DNA of 64,000 bases from an uncultured virus (IMG/VR IMGVR_UViG_3300022927_000007) (taxonomy: Duplodnaviria; Heunggongvirae; Uroviricota; Caudoviricetes), in the IMG/VR virus record IMGVR_UViG_3300022927_000007. One strand, written 5' to 3'. Shown here in pieces: positions 47,485 through 55,630 of this stretch (its first letter is position 1; each line of letters opens with the position of its first letter). The notes below the pieces were generated by a model that did not search any database, was not told the DNA's origin, and saw nothing but the letters and a program-made list of their open reading frames with translations. The position numbers were made by a program, and so were the translations under genes.

Positions 47485-49257
47485 ATGATCCGTATTAAAG
47501 ACCTTACAGTTAAAAACTTTATGAGTGTGGGGAATCAGACTCAAGCAATTGATTTCAGCAAAGAAAAGTTAACATTAGTTCTTGGAGAGAACCTAGATCA
47601 AGGCGGAGACGACGCTGGTAGTAGAAACGGAACTGGTAAAACTACTATTATTAACGCCCTCTCTTATGCTTTGTATGGAACTGCATTAACTAACATCAAA
47701 CGCAATAACCTTATCAATAAAACAAACTCTAAAGGTATGGTTGTTTCTCTTGACTTTGAAAAGGACGGGGTTAATTATAAAATTGAAAGAGGTCGTAGTC
47801 CTACATTCTTAAAGTTTTATATTAACAGTCAAGAGCAAGAAGTAGAAGATGAATCGCAAGGCGACAGTCGTAAAACACAAGAATTTATTAATGACATGCT
47901 TGGCATGTCGCACGACATGTTTAAGCATATTGTAGCACTTAATACATATTCAGAACCATTCCTTGCAATGCGTCAAAACGATCAACGTGCTATCATTGAA
48001 CAATTATTAGGTATTACTATTCTGTCTGAAAAGGCAGACGCTCTTAAGGAGCAAGTTAGACAGACTAAAGAAGAAATTACAACTGAAACTCTTAAAATTG
48101 ATGCTGTTCAATCTGCAAACGAAAAGATTAGTTCAACAATTGAAAGTTTACAAAAAACGCAACGTGCTTGGCTTGCTAAAAAAGAACAAGACTGTACAAG
48201 ACTACAACAAGGTATTACAGAATTAGAACATTTAGATGTGGAAGCAGAATTAGAAGCACACGAAAATCTATCTAATTGGAACGAACATAACAACGCCATT
48301 TTGGCTCTTAAAAAAGAATTAAGCACGTTAGAGCCAGCACTGTTACGTGCTGACAAAAGTGTAGAAAAAGCAGAAAAAGACATCGAAAATCTTGAAGATG
48401 CAACTTGTTATACTTGTGGACAAGCATTACACGAAGATAAAAAAGAAGAAATTGCACAGCGCAAGAACAAAGAACTTGCGGATGCAATTGCTTATCAATC
48501 AGAGATTAATGTTAAGGTTAAAGACGTAATGCTTGCACTTAAAGAAATAGGTAACATTAACGGTAAACCTACTACATTTTACGAAACAGTCAAAGAAGCA
48601 TACGAGCATAGACAAAACGTTGATAGTTTAAAACAAACACTTGATAATAAGAGACAAGAAGTTGATCCGTATCAAACACAAATCGATGAATTGAACAATA
48701 GTGCTATTCAACAAATTGACTGGACTCCTATTAATGAGCTTACTGGTTATAAGGAACACCAAGAATTCTTGTTAAAATTGCTTACTAACAAAGACAGTTT
48801 TATTCGTAAGAAAATTATTGAACAAAACTTAGCATATCTAAACAACAGACTAACATATTATCTTGACCGTTTAGGGTTGCCGCATCAAGTTGTATTCCAA
48901 AACGATTTGAATGTTGAGATTACACAACTAGGACAGGACTTAGACTTTGATAACTTGTCACGAGGCGAGCGCAATAGACTTATCTTAGGTATGAGTTTTG
49001 CATTCCGTGATGTTTGGGAAAGTCTGTATCAAAATATTAACTTGTTGTTTATTGACGAGTTAATTGATAGCGGTATGGATACCGCTGGCGTAGAAGGATC
49101 ACTAGCAGTTCTTAAGAAAATTGCACGTGAAAGAGAAAAAAATATTTTCTTAATTTCACACAAAGACGAATTAGTAGGAAGAGTAAACACTATTCTTAAA
49201 GTTGTAAAAGAAAATGGCTTTACAAGTTACGAGAATGATGTTGAAGTTGTAGAATGA
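47485..49257 (+). CDS. gp46: Recombination ATPase subunit (Rad50/SbcC-like)
   Basis: Walker A NGTGKTT, coiled coil with CYTC zinc hook, LSRGE signature, Walker B LFIDE, ISH. Confidence 0.9.
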   Translation: MIRIKDLTVKNFMSVGNQTQAIDFSKEKLTLVLGENLDQGGDDAGSRNGTGKTTIINALSYALYGTALTNIKRNNLINKTNSKGMVVSLDFEKDGVNYKIERGRSPTFLKFYINSQEQEVEDESQGDSRKTQEFINDMLGMSHDMFKHIVALNTYSEPFLAMRQNDQRAIIEQLLGITILSEKADALKEQVRQTKEEITTETLKIDAVQSANEKISSTIESLQKTQRAWLAKKEQDCTRLQQGITELEHLDVEAELEAHENLSNWNEHNNAILALKKELSTLEPALLRADKSVEKAEKDIENLEDATCYTCGQALHEDKKEEIAQRKNKELADAIAYQSEINVKVKDVMLALKEIGNINGKPTTFYETVKEAYEHRQNVDSLKQTLDNKRQEVDPYQTQIDELNNSAIQQIDWTPINELTGYKEHQEFLLKLLTNKDSFIRKKIIEQNLAYLNNRLTYYLDRLGLPHQVVFQNDLNVEITQLGQDLDFDNLSRGERNRLILGMSFAFRDVWESLYQNINLLFIDELIDSGMDTAGVEGSLAVLKKIAREREKNIFLISHKDELVGRVNTILKVVKENGFTSYENDVEVVE

Positions 49258-49451
49258 ATGACGACACACACGATTTATTAACTAAAGCATATATGGCTTA
49301 CTTTAAGGCTAACGAAAAATTTGAGGCTAGAAATTCTGTGCGAACACATAGAGAAGCAAGAAGATGGTTAAGAGAGATACGTCTTTTAGCTAAAACTCGT
49401 ATGGACGAAATACACAATAAGCATAATTCCAAAAAAGAGGCAGACGAATAG
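49254..49451 (+). CDS. Small hypothetical protein
   Basis: ATGA overlap with gp46; helical, basic 65 aa. Confidence 0.65.
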   Translation: MNDDTHDLLTKAYMAYFKANEKFEARNSVRTHREARRWLREIRLLAKTRMDEIHNKHNSKKEADE

Positions 49452-49472
49452 GCACACAATGTAAGTATACTC

Positions 49473-49922
49473 ATGCAGTGGACTTACAAAGGACAAACAA
49501 TTGACACGATACCAGACGAGTATGAAGGCTTTGTTTATCTTATCACAAATACCACTACAGGCCAGAAATACATAGGCAAAAAACTAGCAAGATTTAAAAC
49601 TACTAAGCCACCCTTAAAAGGCAAGAAAAATAAACGCAGAGGCAGTAAAGAATCAGACTGGCGAGACTATTGGGGATCATCAGACAGATTAAATGCAGAC
49701 GTACAGGCACTAGGCCCAGAAAACTTCACAAGAGAAATATTATACCTATGTAAAGGTAGGGGCGAAATGTCCTACATAGAGGCAAGAGAACAGTTTGATC
49801 GTAGAGTACTCGAAACAGATGAATACTATAATGGTATTATTAATGTTAGAGTCGGCGGATCAGACAAACTCAAACAGGCATTGCTAGAACATCACATCCA
49901 GGCAAAACAATCCAACACTTAA
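49473..49922 (+). CDS. Stand-alone GIY-YIG endonuclease (T4 endonuclease II/DenA-like size)
   Basis: GFVYLITN....KYIGKK, YWGSS, conserved E (YIEAREQ) and YYN. Confidence 0.8.
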   Translation: MQWTYKGQTIDTIPDEYEGFVYLITNTTTGQKYIGKKLARFKTTKPPLKGKKNKRRGSKESDWRDYWGSSDRLNADVQALGPENFTREILYLCKGRGEMSYIEAREQFDRRVLETDEYYNGIINVRVGGSDKLKQALLEHHIQAKQSNT

Positions 49923-50290
49923 GGTTGGCGGGCCAGTTTGAAAATACCGCTGAGAAAAAGGTCCCCTGAGAAGGACACTCGTACACGTTGATCGACCACC
50001 ACTGTGAGGAAGCCATCAAAAGAATTGGGCTCACTGGTTGACGTAGATAGATTGTTGGCTGTCAAAAAACACAAACACAGTACATAAAAACTCTTTAGCA
50101 ATAGGAACGAAGCGAGAGGTAGTTGGAAACAACGATGTCGACGTAGGTTGGGAAAGGTCAGAGCCCATTGTACTTTGTGTATAAACAATTACCTACTTCC
50201 AAGTCTCGGCTGTGACGAACTCACATGAAGTTTTGAGATTAGATGGAACCGTAACAGGTTCCGTCTGACTGAAACAATCTACATGAAGCA
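49912..50290 (+). ncRNA. Candidate large structured non-coding RNA (unassigned)
   Basis: No credible ORF; visibly GC-richer than neighbouring intergenic DNA; many local and long-range helices with G-U pairs and GNRA loops (GAAA, GCAA) that favour the plus strand. Boundaries approximate. Confidence 0.55.
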
Positions 50291-50294
50291 ATTA

Positions 50295-50402
50295 CATTAT
50301 TGCTATCGCAATAATGCTTTAATTCATATCTATTACTTCTATCAACAAACGAAGTGTTATAGTTTGAGCGTTAGCGAAAACAAAATGAGCGTTAGCTCAT
50401 TT
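50295..50402. repeat. Cluster of inverted repeats / GNNA hairpins with a duplicated TGAGCGTTAGC
   Basis: CATTATTGC-TATC-GCAATAATG (50295-50316); AAATGAGC-GTTA-GCTCATTT (50383-50402); direct repeat at 50365 and 50386. Confidence 0.6.
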
Positions 50403-50414
50403 CAATCATATAGA

Positions 50415-50600
50415 TTAATGTAAATCAGGATCTCTTCCAAAACCTGGCTTTACTAAACTAATCTTGACTTCCTGATATGACAAAACTACTTCGGGTATTA
50501 CAGATAGCATATGACAAATATATTCATTTGCTTCATCTAATGAGTTGACAGTTTCGTATATGTGATCATTTTGATCAACAATATTATATCTTGTAATCAT
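50415..50600 (-). CDS. Small hypothetical protein
   Basis: 61-aa ORF with TAAATA (50608-50613) just upstream. Confidence 0.55.
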   Translation of the reverse strand: MITRYNIVDQNDHIYETVNSLDEANEYICHMLSVIPEVVLSYQEVKISLVKPGFGRDPDLH

Positions 50601-50643
50601 AGTTGATTATTTAATATCATATAAAGTTTGAAAAAATACAAAC

Positions 50644-51261
50644 TTAATGATTAATGAAATCTCCAGTTTTTATTCTTTGTACACATTGATCATAATCGTC
50701 ATAGATACTAAACTGTAATTGTACTCTTATATCATCTGTGTCATTTCTAACACCATGGGGAACTTCTGTGTTTGTAATTGTAGGATGCTTTAAAGAATAA
50801 AAATGTGATCCTAAATAAAGATTTTCATTATGATCAGCATCATTGCCGTGGATATCTAGACCTTCTAAAATTTTATTTTCGTAAAAATCAATAGGAGCAT
50901 CTTTACCTGCTGGGTGAATAGGAAACATAATACAAGCCTTACGAGAAAAGTCGATATGCGGCCTAAAAACAAATCCTGGTTTGTATACAACTATTGCAAT
51001 ATTTCCGCTTCCAATTTTTTTAGTAATTGGGTTAAACATTTTTACTAATTTTTTAATAACAGGATAGGTTAGATAGTTATCTGACTTAATTGAACTAAAC
51101 AGTCCGTGCGTGGCACGATCACGTATTGTACTATAATCAACTTCTTGATCCTTAATTTCGCTATAGAGTTGTTGTAATTCTTGTAAAGGATATTCGATAT
51201 CTGTAATAGTATATGCGTATTTTTCTACGTTAGATGTTAGTTCTCTTCTATCAGTGAACAT
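50644..51261 (-). CDS. 2OG-Fe(II) oxygenase-like (cupin/DSBH) protein
   Basis: PHID (HxD)...PHGVRN...R..LQFS. Start reassigned to ATG 51261 with a GGAGAG Shine-Dalgarno; ATAAATA at 51288-51294. Confidence 0.6.
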   Translation of the reverse strand: MFTDRRELTSNVEKYAYTITDIEYPLQELQQLYSEIKDQEVDYSTIRDRATHGLFSSIKSDNYLTYPVIKKLVKMFNPITKKIGSGNIAIVVYKPGFVFRPHIDFSRKACIMFPIHPAGKDAPIDFYENKILEGLDIHGNDADHNENLYLGSHFYSLKHPTITNTEVPHGVRNDTDDIRVQLQFSIYDDYDQCVQRIKTGDFINH

Positions 51262-51326
51262 CTTCTCTCCAATCATCATTATATAGGTATTTATTAAGAG
51301 GTAAATAAGTAAAATTGTTTTAAGAG

Positions 51327-51334
51327 TATAAATA
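51327..51334 (+). promoter_or_regulatory. T4-type late promoter TATAAATA
   Basis: Exact consensus upstream of AGGAG and the ATG at 51356. Confidence 0.65.
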
Positions 51335-51355
51335 TTACTGACAGGAGTATACAAT

Positions 51356-52123
51356 ATGAAAGTATTTGACATTTTAACAGAATCTAAGCAAGTTGATGAA
51401 GGTCCTATTAGATTTTTAAAGAGAACATTAGGAAAAAACACAGCTATGGGCAAAGCGGCTCAGCTTGATGTAGAAATTGAACAAGAAGCTAAAAATATCT
51501 TTAAAGATTTTTACGCTGTTGCTAAAAATTCTCCTAATGGTACAATGACAGCTAAAGGTTTAGCTGATTATCTAGTTGCTAAAGGATTTGTAAGCAAGCC
51601 TAGTGCAGTAATGTCTTATATTAATGCTGATCCTAGTATGGGTCGCAAAGTTGCTAAAGGTGCTAAAGCAGTTAATAAAGCAGTTAAAACCGGAGCAGAC
51701 AAAGTAGGACAAGCGGCTAGAAGCATTAAGAAAAAACTTTCTCCTGAACCAACAAAACTTACTCCAGATCCTCGTCAGGCTGAATTAGATCTACAAAGTA
51801 TGTACAATGAAATGACCGAATCTCAACTAATGGAAGTTGATGCACAAATTAATAAAGCAACTGCAATGAAAGCTATCAAAAAATTCGTGCAACAAGGTAT
51901 GGCCGCTGGTGTTAAGTCTGGCAGAACACCAACTCAAAAGAGTAGATTTGGTGATGCACCTACAACTTCTCCTGATCCAAAAGATAAAAAAACTAAAACT
52001 AAATCTTCAGGCGGTAATAAACTAGCAGATATGGGTGTTACCGTAGAAATTCAACAAGCTGTTGATGTTTTACGTAAAGCAGGATATGAAGTTATTGCAC
52101 CAAAAGAAAAAGTAAACAGATAA
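51356..52123 (+). CDS. Basic hypothetical protein, possible internal head protein
   Basis: K/A-rich; N-terminus MKVFDILTE resembles a capsid-targeting leader; late promoter upstream. Confidence 0.55.
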   Translation: MKVFDILTESKQVDEGPIRFLKRTLGKNTAMGKAAQLDVEIEQEAKNIFKDFYAVAKNSPNGTMTAKGLADYLVAKGFVSKPSAVMSYINADPSMGRKVAKGAKAVNKAVKTGADKVGQAARSIKKKLSPEPTKLTPDPRQAELDLQSMYNEMTESQLMEVDAQINKATAMKAIKKFVQQGMAAGVKSGRTPTQKSRFGDAPTTSPDPKDKKTKTKSSGGNKLADMGVTVEIQQAVDVLRKAGYEVIAPKEKVNR

Positions 52124-52129
52124 ACGCTT

Positions 52130-52360
52130 TTACCAAAAATCTTTTCCAGTTTTTTTAGATTGTTCTAAGTTGTCTTTGATAACGTTGTTAATAATCTGAC
52201 GATCTTCAACAGTTAATTCGTATGCTTCGATAAGAGAAACTGCTCCTCGCATCCACCAGCAAGTTTTTACTAGCTCAGTTTTAATTTCCGTTACCTGTTT
52301 TTCTAGGATTTTAACCTCGGTTTGGATTTTATCGAGGTCCCACGTTAAAATCCTTAGCCG
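52130..52360 (-). CDS. Unannotated ORF (gp51-position), probably the -1 frameshift extension of gp26
   Basis: 76 open codons RLRILTWDLDK...WWMRGAVSLIEAYELTVEDRQII...KDFW*. No ATG/GTG/TTG before codon 37; begins at the T-TTT-TTC slippery site. Confidence 0.65.
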   Translation of the reverse strand, partial: RLRILTWDLDKIQTEVKILEKQVTEIKTELVKTCWWMRGAVSLIEAYELTVEDRQIINNVIKDNLEQSKKTGKDFW

Positions 52361-53238
52361 AAAAAATTGCTTTGGTCAAACGTAACCGGAATTGAATATA
52401 CTTTAGGTGCACCGGCAGCAATTTCTTCTTCGGTCGCTTCAACATCAACAGGTGCTTGTGTAAACTTTGCTCTTTGATCTTTAATATGTTCTTGAATTTG
52501 ATTAAAAGTTTTTGCTTCACAGTTTGATAAGAATTCAGTTAAATGTATTCTGTTAGTTACTGCAACGTCATCCCCGTCGGGCTGTATTGCTGTAACACTT
52601 TCAATCATAACATTAAGATTAATATCTGTTAGTTTTCTAAAACTATCTTGAAATTGTTTAAGTTTTTGCCCGTCATCAAGTGAATTATCATTAACAATAT
52701 TAAAAATTCTTTGTTGTTCAAATGCTTTAATACTTTGTTCAGTAGATGTTTTATATGATACTGGTTTAATTTCTACAGCAAACCCTTCAATTTGAAATGT
52801 ATCTTCAAAAGTAGTATTTGTATATTTGTCATAAAGATTTTGCAGATTAAATTGAAAATCTTTAGTAATTTCAGTATTAGGAATCTGCGTAGTCATATCA
52901 ATAGTTTCGCCAAAGCTAGCCATTCTGATTGCAATTAATATTGTATCTAAATCAATTGACGGTGTTTGCCATGCATCTTTAATAGCAGGAACACAACTCT
53001 GAATAACATCAACAGTTGCTTGACCGTTTAACAACGCATCAGGCGTTTTAAATGCAATTTCATCTCTTGCGGTCATTGCGTATACAGCAAACTCTCCTGA
53101 TTCAGGAATTTCAATAGAGCCAACTGGCCAATATTTTCCTTTACTTGGAAGTCTGATGTAAATTTTTGGTTGTCTTAAGTGTTTTGCTAGTGGATTTCCA
53201 CCAACGATCCCCGGTTTAGGGATATTATTATCTACCAT
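52354..53238 (-). CDS. gp26: Baseplate hub assembly chaperone (T4 gp26-like)
   Basis: PKIYIRLPS.G, MTARDE, ID.DTILIAIR.AS.GE, terminal NFFG. Confidence 0.75.
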   Translation of the reverse strand: MVDNNIPKPGIVGGNPLAKHLRQPKIYIRLPSKGKYWPVGSIEIPESGEFAVYAMTARDEIAFKTPDALLNGQATVDVIQSCVPAIKDAWQTPSIDLDTILIAIRMASFGETIDMTTQIPNTEITKDFQFNLQNLYDKYTNTTFEDTFQIEGFAVEIKPVSYKTSTEQSIKAFEQQRIFNIVNDNSLDDGQKLKQFQDSFRKLTDINLNVMIESVTAIQPDGDDVAVTNRIHLTEFLSNCEAKTFNQIQEHIKDQRAKFTQAPVDVEATEEEIAAGAPKVYSIPVTFDQSNFFG

Positions 53239-53314
53239 GTTTATTACTCCTGCTAAATAATGTTATAGCCATGTTAAACTATTTATGGCTTCTTATTATG
53301 TGAGTACTTAATAT

Positions 53315-55618
53315 ATGGCAGTAAAAATTGATATCCCCGGAGTAGGCGAAGTTACAGCAGAAAATGCGGCTTCAGAAGCTACTTTACGTGAAATACTTAA
53401 AACATTAGGTGGGAAATCTTACGGCATGGACGGTGGTGGCGGCATGTCTGGTACTGGCACTAATGCAGAAGAAGCTGCCAAACAAGTTAAAAAACACGGT
53501 GACGCTAGTGAAGAAGCTGGTGTTCAAGTAGAAGGCTTTGGAGCAAAATTAGACGGATTTGTAGGAGGTATATGGAATACTTTTACAGCCGCAATTGGCG
53601 CCGTTGTTGGTTCTACTGTAGGATTAGGCTTTGAATTATTAAAAGGCGGAAATCAACTTAGTGATTTTGCTCAACATTTACCTATTCCAGGATTAACAGC
53701 ATTTTCTGGATTAATCGACGGACAAATAAATTTATTTAGAGAGTTATCTCAGTCAGGTGCAAGTTTTGGCAACAATATGTTTGAAATTACACGCATCGCA
53801 GGTAATGCGGCAATACCACAAGAAGAATTTGCTGAATTATTGCGAACACAATCATCAAGTTTAAGACTTTTTGGAAATAGTGTTAATGATGGTGCTCGAA
53901 ATTTTGCTTCTATGTCAAAAGAAATGCGTCAAGGCGGAATTGGTCCTCGCTTAATGGCAATGGGATTTACCTCGCAAGAATTAAATGAAAACTTTATTGC
54001 ATACAATGAAATGATGACAGTTTCTGGGCGTCGCCAGTTTATGACTAATGCCCAGCTTATTGAAGGATCACAGAACTATTCATTAGAACTAGATAAAATA
54101 TCCAAACTTACTGGTAAATCTAGAGAGCAACTTCAAGAAGAAATGCGTCAAAAGAATATGGACATTAGACGCCAAATGGCAATTGCAAAATATGGAGAAG
54201 AATATGCTCTTAGATTACAACAAGCGGCTGAAGTAGGCGGCCCAGCGTTTGAAGCAGCCATTCTTGATATGGCTGACGGTGTTGAAAACGATCCTTTGAC
54301 ACGACAGTTGATGGCAAACAACGAAGCATTTCGAAATGGCATTAATGACGTTCAGAATATGACTGCTGAAGAGTTTACTAACTTTGCCGCTAGTGTTAGA
54401 CAATCAGGTATGGACTATGCCAATAGTATGGGCGAGAACGCAGTCCAAGCTTCTATTGCAAACGGAACTGCGGTTGGAGAACTATTTCAGTTAACAGGTG
54501 CACTTGGTAGAGCAACTGGAACAGTTGAAGGAGGAGTATCAGCTGAACAGCAAGCACGAGACGATGCTACTGCGGCTGTTGCAACTTTTGCTGAAACTAT
54601 TAACGATGTAAGAGGAAGACTTCAAGTTGATCTATTAGACAGTAATATCTTCCAAGATCTTAAAAACGGCCTAGCAAGTATAATTCCTTCTATCGGCGAA
54701 GCTAACAGTATGTATGATGATATGAAGGGCTTTTTTATGTCTAATATTTTTCCTGCACTAGACGATATGTGGACTTGGCTTAAAACTGACGGCCTAAATA
54801 TGTTACAAGAGAGTATGGAATCAGCATGGAACTGGTTAAAGACTGACGGCGTTGAACTAATGGACAGTGCATTTACTAAAATGACAGAAGCATGGAATTG
54901 GTTAAGTTCAGGCGAAGGTTATACTATGATGCAAAATGCCATAACTGGATTAACAGAGCTATGGGATTCGTGGAAGCCATCGATTATGGGATTCTTTGAA
55001 AACTTAACAAGTGCTGAAGGTAGAGCAGAAATATGGCAAAGTATTGTTGATGGTGCAAAAAGTGCCCTTTCGGCAATATTTACAGGCGTTGTATCTATGT
55101 TAGGATGGGATCAAATTGGACCTACTTATGAAGATTTAAAACAATCAGTTATTGATACTTTAGTTGATTGGAAAAACAAGTTTGTAGAAATGTTTACTTG
55201 GGAAAATATACGAAGTACATTTACTATTGAAAACATTGGTACAGCATTAGGAAATGCTGTTAGAGGTGTTTATAACTGGATTACAGGGTTGTTTGATTTT
55301 GATTTTGGTGGAATGATAAGTTCTGTAATACCAGACTGGGCAAAACGTTGGTTACCAGACAGCTGGTTTGGTGGGCCTTCTTCTAATCCTAGTGGATCAC
55401 CCTCACCTAGTCCTAGTAGTGCAATACCAGAAGCTGACACATCGTCAAGTTCTGCTCCTTCACCAACTAATGATCCAGCAATGCGAACTGCTACCAATGC
55501 CACATCTCCATCTAATAATCCTGTAAGTGACTTAAATACTAATACTGCAAGGATGGTAGCATTATTAGAACAGCAAAATAGACTATTGCAGAGAATGGAC
55601 GGTAACTTATATGGTTAA
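53315..55618 (+). CDS. Tape-measure-like protein
   Basis: Long A/G/M-rich helical protein with periodic Trp repeats (WTWLKTDG..WNWLKTDG..WNWL); next to the gp26 chaperone; TAAATA at 53254-53259. Confidence 0.65.
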   Translation: MAVKIDIPGVGEVTAENAASEATLREILKTLGGKSYGMDGGGGMSGTGTNAEEAAKQVKKHGDASEEAGVQVEGFGAKLDGFVGGIWNTFTAAIGAVVGSTVGLGFELLKGGNQLSDFAQHLPIPGLTAFSGLIDGQINLFRELSQSGASFGNNMFEITRIAGNAAIPQEEFAELLRTQSSSLRLFGNSVNDGARNFASMSKEMRQGGIGPRLMAMGFTSQELNENFIAYNEMMTVSGRRQFMTNAQLIEGSQNYSLELDKISKLTGKSREQLQEEMRQKNMDIRRQMAIAKYGEEYALRLQQAAEVGGPAFEAAILDMADGVENDPLTRQLMANNEAFRNGINDVQNMTAEEFTNFAASVRQSGMDYANSMGENAVQASIANGTAVGELFQLTGALGRATGTVEGGVSAEQQARDDATAAVATFAETINDVRGRLQVDLLDSNIFQDLKNGLASIIPSIGEANSMYDDMKGFFMSNIFPALDDMWTWLKTDGLNMLQESMESAWNWLKTDGVELMDSAFTKMTEAWNWLSSGEGYTMMQNAITGLTELWDSWKPSIMGFFENLTSAEGRAEIWQSIVDGAKSALSAIFTGVVSMLGWDQIGPTYEDLKQSVIDTLVDWKNKFVEMFTWENIRSTFTIENIGTALGNAVRGVYNWITGLFDFDFGGMISSVIPDWAKRWLPDSWFGGPSSNPSGSPSPSPSSAIPEADTSSSSAPSPTNDPAMRTATNATSPSNNPVSDLNTNTARMVALLEQQNRLLQRMDGNLYG

Positions 55619-55630
55619 GGAAACAAATAA

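Noticed and set aside
49919..50188. 89-aa minus-strand ORF inside the candidate RNA
   Set aside because: No Shine-Dalgarno, no recognisable motifs and atypical composition; better explained as a chance ORF.
49923..50290. Identification of the RNA as RNase P RNA, tmRNA or a group I/II intron
   Set aside because: GAGGAAG and GTCAGAG loosely recall RNase P and group I elements, but the partner motifs are missing or in the wrong order. There are no tRNA-like ends and no interrupted host gene. A covariance-model search is needed.
51262..51453. N-terminal extension of the 269-aa ORF
   Set aside because: It overlaps the divergent gene and both promoters; the SD-supported start is 51261.
52329..52520. 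63-aa minus-strand ORF overlapping the gp26 end
   Set aside because: This is the +1 frame and it stops 25 nt after gp26. The protein-like continuation is in the -1 frame.
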